DNA of 54,444 bases from a bacterium (GTDB lineage Bacteria > Bacillota_I > Bacilli_A > RF39 > UBA660). This document shows, piece by piece, positions 9,466 to 17,960 of the stretch (position 1 is the first letter of the stretch; each line of letters starts with the position of its first letter). The notes beneath the pieces are model-generated. The model was not told where the DNA came from and ran no database searches. It saw only the letters and a list, made by a program, of their open reading frames with translations. The position numbers were made by a program, and so were the translations under genes. The stretch is taken from NCBI GenBank assembly GCA_030531425.1, contig JAUNNO010000002.1, positions 1 through 54,444 on the forward strand, read 5' to 3'.

Positions 9466-9503
9466 GCGATAAAATAATAATGTAAAATACGAGGAGGTAA
9501 ATA

Positions 9504-10367
9504 ATGAAAGATAAAGGTTTTACATTGATAGAGCTCTTAGCAGTAATAGTAATACTAGCCATAATAGCTCTAATAGCAGTTCCAATAATAATAGATATTA
9601 TTGAAGACTCAAAAAAAGAAGCACTAAAAAGGAGTGCAGAAAATTATTTAAAGGCAGTAGAATTAGCTATTGCAAAAGAAAACCTAACTGGTGAATTTAA
9701 TCCAAATCGTTGTACTATAGAATCAGGTATAACAAAATGTGGTGACAAAACATTAAATGTCACAGTAGATGGAGAGCTACCAGATAGTGGAGAAATAATG
9801 CTTTCTAATGGTACTATAGACAAAACTTCAGAAACATTTTTAACATACAATGATAAAGATACATTAACATATGATGGAAACAACAAATTAATATTCGGTG
9901 AAGCTAAAGCTCCACAACCACAAGAAAAATATGGATATATGTGGTATACAGGATCAGATGTATCTGGTCCAAGTATCAATGGAGATGGCTCAAGTCTTGA
10001 AACAACATTACCAGAAGATAAGAACTACTATTTAAAATACAAATTAGATGATTCAAATGTAGTAACAAAAGCATATGCATGTGTTAAATTTAATGGAACA
10101 GAAGAACGATGCTTAGAAGGTGGCTCAGCAGATACATATGGTTGGGTAACAAGTAAAACAGATTCAACAGGAATAGTTGCAAAAATATATGAAATAGAAC
10201 AAGAAGGAATTTCTGGAGTTAGTTGCAACTTCGTCTTTAGCGACTCTAACTGCAGCGACGGTTCAGTTAATTTGTGTGCGGATTCGGATGGCATTGTCAA
10301 TGCGAGTGGTGCGAGTGGCTATTGCGGTGTCAGTGACGTTGGTGGTTCGGTTTGCGGAAGCTTATAG
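9504..10367 (+). CDS. type IV pilin / pseudopilin-like protein (prepilin N-terminal cleavage/methylation motif)
   Basis: MKDKG|FTLIELLAVIVILAIIALIAVPII class III signal. SD GAGGAGG. Cys-rich, GC-rich C-terminal tail. Confidence 0.8.
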   Translation: MKDKGFTLIELLAVIVILAIIALIAVPIIIDIIEDSKKEALKRSAENYLKAVELAIAKENLTGEFNPNRCTIESGITKCGDKTLNVTVDGELPDSGEIMLSNGTIDKTSETFLTYNDKDTLTYDGNNKLIFGEAKAPQPQEKYGYMWYTGSDVSGPSINGDGSSLETTLPEDKNYYLKYKLDDSNVVTKAYACVKFNGTEERCLEGGSADTYGWVTSKTDSTGIVAKIYEIEQEGISGVSCNFVFSDSNCSDGSVNLCADSDGIVNASGASGYCGVSDVGGSVCGSL

Positions 10368-10419
10368 TAGTGTTGCCCTCAGACATCTAAATGTCTAAAG
10401 AAATAGTTTGTAAATAAAA

Positions 10420-10459
10420 ATGAAGATTAACGTAATTGTTTTATAATCTTCATTTTTTT
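10420..10459 (+). terminator. intrinsic terminator of the pilin gene
   Basis: ATGAAGATTA / TAATCTTCAT 10-bp stem, 13-nt loop, T-run. Confidence 0.75.
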
Positions 10460-10534
10460 AATGTAGTATTTTATTTAGTATTGATTTTTTCTTATTTTAA
10501 ATATATAATGTAATAGTTGAAATGAGTGATTTTT

Positions 10535-11035
10535 ATGAATTATGACATAACTAGACTTAATAATAATATAGATAAATTTGTTAAAGTTAGTGAAACTTAT
10601 TCTTTTAGTAAAGAAGAGTTAGAAGGAACTGACTTAATAAAATTAAATGATGTGCTAGTTGAAGGGGAAATATCAAAAAATAGTTTGGATAATATCTGTC
10701 TTAATATAGATGTATCTGGTGTAATGGTTCTTCCTTGCGCTATTACATTAAAGCCCGTTAATTATCCTTTTAGTGTAAATATTAATGGAGAGTTAACTGA
10801 ATTATTGGAAAATTCGGGTGAAAATTCAACAAATTTTCAAAATACTATTGATATTTTACCAATAATATGGGAAAATATATTAATGGAAATTCCTTATCGC
10901 GTTTTAAGTGATGAAGTAAAAGATTCAGAAATTGACATTAAAGGAGATGGATGGTCTTTTACAACTAAGGAAGAAGAAAACTTAAGTCCACTTAGTGAAC
11001 TTATAGACTTAATTGATGATAGTGAGGTGAAATAA
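10535..11035 (+). CDS. yceD: YceD/DUF177 (large-subunit rRNA accumulation protein)
   Basis: About 166 aa, acidic, immediately upstream of rpmF (conserved pairing). Start taken at ATG 10535 (MNYDITRL). Confidence 0.75.
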   Translation: MNYDITRLNNNIDKFVKVSETYSFSKEELEGTDLIKLNDVLVEGEISKNSLDNICLNIDVSGVMVLPCAITLKPVNYPFSVNINGELTELLENSGENSTNFQNTIDILPIIWENILMEIPYRVLSDEVKDSEIDIKGDGWSFTTKEEENLSPLSELIDLIDDSEVK

Positions 11036-11218
11036 ATGGCTGTACCATTTAGAAAAGTAAGTAATACTAGAGGTAGAAAAAGAAGAACACATTATAAAAT
11101 CAGTGCAAACGAAGTAACAAAATGCCCAAAATGTGGAGCAGAAGTTAGACCACATAGAGTATGCTTAGCTTGTGGAACTTACAAAGGTAGGGAAGTAGTT
11201 AAAAATGAAGAAGAATAA
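11036..11218 (+). CDS. rpmF: 50S ribosomal protein L32 (zinc-ribbon form)
   Basis: [29 protein letters not shown]. Confidence 0.95.
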   Translation: MAVPFRKVSNTRGRKRRTHYKISANEVTKCPKCGAEVRPHRVCLACGTYKGREVVKNEEE

Positions 11219-11231
11219 TCTTCTTTTTTTT
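11207..11231 (+). terminator. intrinsic terminator after rpmF
   Basis: GAAGA-AUAA-UCUUC hairpin overlapping the stop codon, then T8. Confidence 0.6.
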
Positions 11232-11276
11232 ATAATAAATCTATTAATTTGATGATAAATATGATATAATTTATTT

Positions 11277-11510
11277 AACTGATGTGGTTTGTGAATATAA
11301 AATAAATTTTATAAATAACTGTGAACAATAAATTAATTATATATTAGTAATTAGAAATTCTATGGAAGATGAAAATAGAACAAGATATATAATGAAGTTA
11401 CATATTGGGAGTTTAATGGGTAATGCCTTATAGTATAAAGATCATAAGTATTATGAAGTAGGGTGGTACCGTCTACATTAGGCCCCTATATTATAATACT
11501 TTTTATTTTT
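11277..11510 (+). promoter_or_regulatory. T-box leader, Tyr specifier (UAC)
   Basis: Extended -10 TGaTATAAT at 11262-11270. Stem I: lower helix CAAUA/UAUUG, upper helix AUUAUAUAU/AUAUAUAAU, specifier loop GAAGUUACA (UAC 11399-11401 plus A). T-box core GUAGGGUGGUACCG (11458-11471). UGGU matches an A73 discriminator. tyrS is the third gene downstream. Confidence 0.75.
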
Positions 11511-11521
11511 GGAGGATATAT

Positions 11522-12139
11522 ATGGTAAAAAATTTGGTTTTTGATTTAGATAATACACTACTTTATTGGAAAGATGAATATATAAATGCTTTATATAAAA
11601 CATTAAAAGATTTAAATTATAATTTATCTTTTGATAAAATTAATGATATAGATAATTGTATAGATAGTTATGAAAATTATTATGAATACTTAACAAAAGA
11701 ATCATTAGTAAATTTTATTAATGATAGATGTAATATGAATTTTGATATTAATTTTATAGATTTATTATTAAAAAATCATGAAGATTGTTATAATATAGAT
11801 GAAAAATTAATAGATACACTAGATTATTTAAGTAGTAAATATGATCTTTATGTTATAACTAACTATTTTACAGAAACTCAAATAGCTAGATTAAAAAATG
11901 CTAAAATATTAAAATACTTTAAAAAAGTTTATGGCGGAGATACAAATTATTTAAAGCCTAATTTAAAAGCATTTGATAATATAAAAGATAAAGAAAATAG
12001 TATAATGATAGGTGATAATATAAATTTTGATATAATACCATCAATGAAAGTTGGCATGAAAGCAATACTTATCTCACAAGAGAAAAATTTGAAATATAAA
12101 ACAATAAAAAATATTTATGAACTAAAGGAGATGTTATAA
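11522..12139 (+). CDS. HAD-superfamily hydrolase
   Basis: Motif I FDLDNTLL, motif IV GDNINFD. 205 aa. Confidence 0.7.
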   Translation: MVKNLVFDLDNTLLYWKDEYINALYKTLKDLNYNLSFDKINDIDNCIDSYENYYEYLTKESLVNFINDRCNMNFDINFIDLLLKNHEDCYNIDEKLIDTLDYLSSKYDLYVITNYFTETQIARLKNAKILKYFKKVYGGDTNYLKPNLKAFDNIKDKENSIMIGDNINFDIIPSMKVGMKAILISQEKNLKYKTIKNIYELKEML

Positions 12140-12825
12140 TGGAATTAAATAAATATATAGATCATACTAATTTAAAGAATACTGCTACATTAAAAGATAT
12201 AGAAAAACTATGTAATGAAGCAATAGAGTATAATTTTGCAAGTGTTTGTGTTTATCCATATTATGTACCACTTGCATCTAAGTTGCTAAAGAAAAGTAAT
12301 GTAGAAGTTTGTACTGTAATAGGATTTCCTAGTGGTATGAGTACTAAAGAGGCTAAGGTATATGAGGCAATAGATGCAGTTGAAAAAGGTGCTAAAGAAA
12401 TAGATATGGTAATAAATATAGCAGCTCTAAAGAATAAAGATTATAAATATGTAAAAGAAGAAATAGAAGAGGTTAGAGATGCTATAGATGGAAATACATT
12501 AAAAGTAATAATTGAAACTTGCTTACTTACACCTAAAGAAATAATAAAGATGACAGAAATTTGTAATGAAACATTTGTTAATTTTATTAAAACTTCAACA
12601 GGATTTAGTGAATATGGTGCTCGTGTAGAAGATGTAGAATTAATTAATAAATATAAAAATGATTTATTAGAAATTAAAGCAAGTGGTGGAATCCGTGATA
12701 TAGATACTATGGAAGATATGATAAATGCTGGAGCTACTAGAATTGGTACTAGTAGTGGAGTAAAAATTATGTCCGGCCATTGTGAGTGTAAAAATCATAC
12801 CTGTCATTGCAAGGAGGAAAAATAA
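12139..12825 (+). CDS. deoC: deoxyribose-phosphate aldolase with a Cys/His-rich C-terminal tail
   Basis: IDHTNLK, Schiff-base region FIKTSTGF, KASGGIR. The tail reads SGHCECKNHTCHCKEEK. Confidence 0.9.
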   Translation: MELNKYIDHTNLKNTATLKDIEKLCNEAIEYNFASVCVYPYYVPLASKLLKKSNVEVCTVIGFPSGMSTKEAKVYEAIDAVEKGAKEIDMVINIAALKNKDYKYVKEEIEEVRDAIDGNTLKVIIETCLLTPKEIIKMTEICNETFVNFIKTSTGFSEYGARVEDVELINKYKNDLLEIKASGGIRDIDTMEDMINAGATRIGTSSGVKIMSGHCECKNHTCHCKEEK

Positions 12826-14051
12826 TGAAGTGTTTTGAAGATTTAAAATGGAGAGGGCTTATTAAAGATATATCAAGTCCTGATTTAGAAAATAAATTAA
12901 ATAATGAAAGTCTAACTTTTTATATAGGAACTGATCCTACAGCAGATAGTATGCATATAGGACATTTCTCATCATTTTTAATAGCTACACGCCTTGCTAA
13001 ATATGGACATAAACCAATATTACTTATAGGTGGTGCAACAGGTCTTATTGGTGACCCTAAACCATCTTTAGAAAGACAAATGATTACTAAAGAAGAGGTT
13101 TTAAAAAATGTAGAAGGCTTAACTAGTCAGGCAAAAGATATATTTGGTTTTGAAGTAGTAAATAATTATGATTGGATAAAAGATATTAATATATTAGATT
13201 TTTTAAGAGATTATGGTAAATATATAAATGTTAATTATATGTTAGATAAAGATATAATAAATAGAAGACTAGATAGTGGAATTACTTTTTGTGAATTTGC
13301 ATATACACTATTGCAAGGCCTAGATTTCTTACATTTAAATAAGACTAAAGGTGTAACACTTCAAGTAGCAGGATCAGATCAATGGGGTAATATTACAACA
13401 GGAATAGAACTTGCAAGAAAGCGCGATGATATAGAGTTATATGGAATGACTATGCCACTTGTATTAGATTCAAATGGAGTAAAATTTGGTAAAACTGAAG
13501 GTAATGCATTATGGTTAGATAAAAATAAAACATCTAGTTATGAACTTTACCAATATTTAATAAATTCAGATGATAACTCTGTTATAGATTATTTAAAGAA
13601 ATTAACATTCTTAACAAAAGAAGAAATAGAAGCGTTAGAGGAAGAACATAATCGTGCTCCACATTTAAGAATAGCTCAAAAAGCTTTAGCTAAAGAAGTT
13701 ATAACATTCTTGCATGGAGAAGAAGAATATCAAAAAGCAGAAAAAATGAGTCAGGTATTATTCAGTGGAGATATCAGTAATTTATCTGGTGATGAAATAC
13801 AAATATGTTTTAAAGGAGTTCCGAATTTTGATATAGATGATAACACATTATTGATAGACTTATTAATAAATAATAATATATGTACTTCTAAAAGAGAAGC
13901 AAGAGAGTTTTTAAATAGTAATGCCATAAGTATTAATGGAAATATTGTTAATGATGAAAACTTATTAATAAATAAAGATATAGCAATAGATTCAAAAATT
14001 ATAGTAATAAGAAGAGGTAAAAAGAAATATTACTTATGTAATATAAAATAA
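12825..14051 (+). CDS. tyrS: tyrosyl-tRNA synthetase
   Basis: Class I motifs HIGH (SMHIGHF) and KFGKT, plus a C-terminal S4-like domain. Start ATG 12825 behind AAGGAGG, overlapping the deoC stop (TAATG). Confidence 0.95.
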   Translation: MKCFEDLKWRGLIKDISSPDLENKLNNESLTFYIGTDPTADSMHIGHFSSFLIATRLAKYGHKPILLIGGATGLIGDPKPSLERQMITKEEVLKNVEGLTSQAKDIFGFEVVNNYDWIKDINILDFLRDYGKYINVNYMLDKDIINRRLDSGITFCEFAYTLLQGLDFLHLNKTKGVTLQVAGSDQWGNITTGIELARKRDDIELYGMTMPLVLDSNGVKFGKTEGNALWLDKNKTSSYELYQYLINSDDNSVIDYLKKLTFLTKEEIEALEEEHNRAPHLRIAQKALAKEVITFLHGEEEYQKAEKMSQVLFSGDISNLSGDEIQICFKGVPNFDIDDNTLLIDLLINNNICTSKREAREFLNSNAISINGNIVNDENLLINKDIAIDSKIIVIRRGKKKYYLCNIK

Positions 14052-14253
14052 CTGTAAAGAATAAAAAAACATCTGGCTCAATAGAAGGCCTTTTGGAAAT
14101 TAAATTCTACAGTAAACTTGATAGATTAATAAAAATTATCATATAGATTTCTATATGATTTTTTTTAGATTAAAAACAAATTTTATTGATTTTTGTATAA
14201 AAAGATGATACAATTATATACAGTAGAATAGATAAGAATAAAAGGGTGAGTTT

Positions 14254-14886
14254 ATGAATGATGATTTTTTGTTAAATGGAAATAATAGTAGTAGTGCTTT
14301 ACCAAGTGATAGTTTAACAGATTTAGATAGTTTGTTTAGTAATTTATCTGATGATATTAATAATTTTAATAAATTTGTAGATACTGTAAATCAGAAAAAA
14401 AGAGTAAATGCTGATGAAGAGAGAAAAATTCAGGATGAAAGAGCTAGATTAGAGCAAGATAAAATTGATCTAGAAAAATATTTTAAAGCTAAAGAATCGG
14501 AATATAAGAAAAGAGAAAAACAAATTGATGATTATTTAAGCGATCAAAAACAAAATTTATTAAAAGCAGAAGCAGAATTTAAAACTAATATGGATAGTTC
14601 ATTATCTGAATTTGAAATTACAAGAAAAGAACTTGATATAGAAAAATCTAAGTTAGAGGAAGATAAAAATCAATTTGAAAAATATAAAACAATAGAGTTA
14701 AATCGATTACAGAATGCTAGAGAGATTTTAAATACAGAAAAAGAACAATTCGAACAATATAAAGAAGTAAATAGTAAGAAGATTGAATTAGAAAGTAAAA
14801 ATATAGAACAAAAATATGATAAGCTTAGAGAATTAATAAGTCAATTTAATTTAAGCTTCAAGCAAACGGATAATGAGGAAGAATAA
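14254..14886 (+). CDS. coiled-coil protein of unknown function
   Basis: 210 aa, E/K-rich heptad-like sequence with recurring D/E-K-x-x-F-E-x-Y-K elements. Confidence 0.5.
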   Translation: MNDDFLLNGNNSSSALPSDSLTDLDSLFSNLSDDINNFNKFVDTVNQKKRVNADEERKIQDERARLEQDKIDLEKYFKAKESEYKKREKQIDDYLSDQKQNLLKAEAEFKTNMDSSLSEFEITRKELDIEKSKLEEDKNQFEKYKTIELNRLQNAREILNTEKEQFEQYKEVNSKKIELESKNIEQKYDKLRELISQFNLSFKQTDNEEE

Positions 14887-14901
14887 AAAGAGGTGAAAAA
14901 T

Positions 14902-16101
14902 ATGGATAATTATGATGATATGTTTAGATTTTATGATACTAGTGATGATAATTCTGATAATTCCACTAATGGATTCGATTATAATTCTATAAGTGGTTTA
15001 GGAGAAAGTGATTATGAAAATGAAGATATATTCAGTAATGAAGTAAGTGAAAATACTAAAGAGGATAATTCATATAATTCATATCCAGATTCCAAGATAT
15101 CTGAGGCTAGTAGCGCTACTTTAGAAACTGATACTTCTAATACTTGGGTTGAGTCATCTTCTGAGTTAGATAATCTTCCAACTGAAGATGTGAATGTTGA
15201 AGAAAATATTCCTAATAATAATACTTTAGATAATAATTTAACAGATGAAAATACAATTGAAGAAGTTAATAATGATACTGCTTTTACTGAAATAGATTCT
15301 AATCCAGTACCATATAATGAAGAATTAATTCAAACTAGTGATTCAGATAGTATTTCAAATGTAGAAGATAATACAATAGATAATAATGAAAATACTAATA
15401 TAGAAAGTAATGTTGATGAAAAAGAAAATACTGAAGTTTCAAGTAAAAAGATAGAACTATCAGATACTCCTATAGAGGAATTAAAAGATTTAACAAAATA
15501 TAAAGAAGAAGAAATTGAGTCTACTGATATTGATTCATTATTTGAAAAAGTTAGTGTTAATGTAAAAGATGCTTCTGATATATTTAGAAAAAATACTGAT
15601 TTAAAAGCAAAAATTGATTCTAGATTTGAAGAATTAAAAAAATTACAATCTGAAATAGAAAATTCTAAGAAAAAACAAATGGATGAAATCAATAATTACA
15701 AGGCTGAAGTATACAATAAATTAAACGAAAAAAAACAAGAAATAGAAAAAAGATTAAATTTGCTTAAAGAATCTCAAGTAAAATTAGATAACGATAAAAA
15801 GGAATTTGAACAATATAGAAAAAAAGAACAAGAAAATATAGAAAGCGTACAAAAAGAAGTACAACAAGCATATGATGAAAGAAGAGAAGAATTAACTCAT
15901 ATAGAAGATATATTAAGAAAACAAAAAGATTCATTAGATGAAGAGAGAAACCAATTATCTTTAGATAAGATTCAATATGAATCAGATAAAAATGCACTTG
16001 CTAATAATTTATTGAAATTTAATGATTTAGTTGGAACATTTACTAGTGGAGTAAACGAAGTAAAAGATATAAATAATGAAGTTAGTGAGTCATCAAATTA
16101 A
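14902..16101 (+). CDS. acidic Asn/Asp/Glu-rich protein with a C-terminal coiled coil (paralogous to the preceding ORF's coiled coil)
   Basis: SD AGAGGTG then ATG 14902. The low-complexity acidic N-terminal half is followed by a coiled coil with KKEFEQYRKKE, comparable to KNQFEKYK/KEQFEQYKE in the neighbour. Confidence 0.5.
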   Translation: MDNYDDMFRFYDTSDDNSDNSTNGFDYNSISGLGESDYENEDIFSNEVSENTKEDNSYNSYPDSKISEASSATLETDTSNTWVESSSELDNLPTEDVNVEENIPNNNTLDNNLTDENTIEEVNNDTAFTEIDSNPVPYNEELIQTSDSDSISNVEDNTIDNNENTNIESNVDEKENTEVSSKKIELSDTPIEELKDLTKYKEEEIESTDIDSLFEKVSVNVKDASDIFRKNTDLKAKIDSRFEELKKLQSEIENSKKKQMDEINNYKAEVYNKLNEKKQEIEKRLNLLKESQVKLDNDKKEFEQYRKKEQENIESVQKEVQQAYDERREELTHIEDILRKQKDSLDEERNQLSLDKIQYESDKNALANNLLKFNDLVGTFTSGVNEVKDINNEVSESSN

Positions 16102-16127
16102 TGATTGCAAAAAGCAATCATTTTTTT
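16102..16127 (+). terminator. intrinsic terminator
   Basis: TGATTGC-AAAAA-GCAATCA hairpin plus T7. Confidence 0.8.
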
Positions 16128-16194
16128 ATCAAAAAAACAATATTTATCTTTACAAACATTTGTACTTATATTATAATTAATATGGTAGATAGAT

Positions 16195-17085
16195 ATGAAT
16201 GATATAATAATGAAATTTATTGATGAATTAACATATGAAAAAAAATATTCTAAGTTAACTATTAATGGATATGAGAAAGATTTAAAACTGTTTTTAGAGT
16301 ATTTACTTGAGCAAAATATTAAAAATTATAAAAGTGTATCATATCAAGATATAAGATTATATATTAGTTATCTTCATTCCTTAAATTATAATAATAAGAC
16401 TATATCAAGGCATATTAGTTCTATTAGAAGTTTTTTCAAATATTTAAAAAATAACAATTATATAACTACTAATCCTTGTATACTTATTTCAAACCCAAAG
16501 TTGGAGCACAAACTTCCAAAATATTTAAATTTTGAAGATACGGAAAAATTATTAAATGCATTTGATAATAATAATTATATAGGTCTTAGAAATAATTTAA
16601 TAATGGAAATTCTATATTCTACAGGTATCCGTGTTAGTGAATTAGTTAAAATTAGGCTAAGTGATATTAGTATTTCTTCTAGAAGTATTAGAATATATGG
16701 AAAAGGAAGTAAAGAAAGAATTGTATATTTCGGAAGTAGATTAATTGATCTATTAAATAAATATTTAAATGAAAGCTATAATAAATTAAACGTCAATAAT
16801 TTAGATTATTTAATACTGAGTAATAAAGGACTTCAAATTAACGATAGATTTGTAAGAAAAATTATAGATGATGCTGCAAAAATAGCTGGTATAAAACTTA
16901 AAATATCACCACATGTTTTAAGACATACTTTTGCAACTCATATGTTAATGGATGGAGCTGATCTAAGAAGTGTTCAAGAACTTTTAGGTCATGAAAACCT
17001 TTCTACTACCCAAGTATATACTCATTTAACAAATGAAAAAATAAGAAATGTTTATTTAAATGCTCATCCAAGAGCTAGAAAGTAG
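16195..17085 (+). CDS. tyrosine recombinase, XerC/XerD family
   Basis: 296 aa. RVSEL, HVLRHTFATHML, GHENLSTTQVYTH (catalytic Tyr). Confidence 0.85.
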   Translation: MNDIIMKFIDELTYEKKYSKLTINGYEKDLKLFLEYLLEQNIKNYKSVSYQDIRLYISYLHSLNYNNKTISRHISSIRSFFKYLKNNNYITTNPCILISNPKLEHKLPKYLNFEDTEKLLNAFDNNNYIGLRNNLIMEILYSTGIRVSELVKIRLSDISISSRSIRIYGKGSKERIVYFGSRLIDLLNKYLNESYNKLNVNNLDYLILSNKGLQINDRFVRKIIDDAAKIAGIKLKISPHVLRHTFATHMLMDGADLRSVQELLGHENLSTTQVYTHLTNEKIRNVYLNAHPRARK

Positions 17086-17090
17086 GATTT

Positions 17091-17669
17091 ATGGCAAAAT
17101 TATATTTTAGATACGGTGCAATGGGATGTGGTAAAACGACCGCATTATTACAAGTTGTATATAATTATGAAAAAAATGGAATTAAAACTATTTTAATTAA
17201 ACCTAGTATAGATAAAAAAGGTGATATGAATATTGTATCTAGACTAGGTATTGAAAGATGCGTTGATTCTTTAATAGATAAAGATGAAAAAATAATTGAA
17301 AAATTTGATCTAACAGATGTAAAATGTGTTTTAGTTGATGAAGCACAGTTTATGAGTAAAGATCAAATAAAAGAATTATGGTTTATATCTAAAGAGTATG
17401 ATATACCAGTAATCTGTTATGGCTTAAAAACAAATTTTAAAGCAGAATTATTTGAAGGTTCAAAAGCAATAATTGAACTTGCAGATGAACTTGAAGAATT
17501 ATCTACTATATGTAAATGTGGTAGTAAAGCAAGATTTAATGCTAGAGTTATTGATGGAAAATATATAACTGAAGGAGATGTTGTTGCTATAGATGGAATA
17601 GATGCTGCATATGAACCTTTATGTGGTAAATGTTATATAGATAAAGTACTAAAGAAAAAAATACATTAA
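17091..17669 (+). CDS. tdk: thymidine kinase
   Basis: P-loop GAMGCGKTT, VDEAQF, and a zinc cluster CKCG..CGKC. Confidence 0.9.
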   Translation: MAKLYFRYGAMGCGKTTALLQVVYNYEKNGIKTILIKPSIDKKGDMNIVSRLGIERCVDSLIDKDEKIIEKFDLTDVKCVLVDEAQFMSKDQIKELWFISKEYDIPVICYGLKTNFKAELFEGSKAIIELADELEELSTICKCGSKARFNARVIDGKYITEGDVVAIDGIDAAYEPLCGKCYIDKVLKKKIH

Positions 17670-17716
17670 ATAGTATTTTTTTTATTATTCTTAAATATTA
17701 TTATATAGGTGATATT

Positions 17717-17956
17717 TTGAATATAATTAATGGTATTAAGTCTTACATAAAAGAAGATGATGTTAAAATAACAATAATAAAAAATAAAATAAATATTATT
17801 AATTATACTGATATAGGTCACTTTGATAATAATAAGATTGTAGTAAAACTTTACGATAGTAATTTTACAATAAAGGGGCAAGACTTAGTAGTATCAAAAC
17901 TTTTAAATGATGAAATTTTAATAACTGGTATTTTTGATAGTATAGAATTTAGGTGA
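17717..17956 (+). CDS. yqfC: YabP/YqfC-family sporulation protein
   Basis: 79 aa, TTG start behind AGGTGA, directly upstream of a yqfD-like gene (conserved pair). Confidence 0.65.
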   Translation: MNIINGIKSYIKEDDVKITIIKNKINIINYTDIGHFDNNKIVVKLYDSNFTIKGQDLVVSKLLNDEILITGIFDSIEFR

Positions 17957-17960
17957 AATA

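Noticed and set aside
11481-11525. Translational (SD-sequestering) control for the Tyr and Asp T-boxes
   Set aside because: I looked for pairing between the 3' strand of the antiterminator (GGCCCCUA / GGCCCUUG) and GGAGG. At best there are 4 bp including a wobble across a loop of about 25 nt. The extended hairpin plus U-tract is the much better fit.
16195-17085. Tyrosine recombinase as a marker of an integrated mobile element
   Set aside because: The flanking genes are housekeeping (tdk, yqfCD). No flanking repeats or phage/ICE genes are present, and the size and motifs fit the chromosomal XerC/XerD dimer resolvase.
17666-17881. 71-aa minus-strand ORF overlapping yqfC
   Set aside because: It is I/N/Y/F low-complexity sequence with no SD, and the plus-strand yqfC-yqfD pair explains the region.
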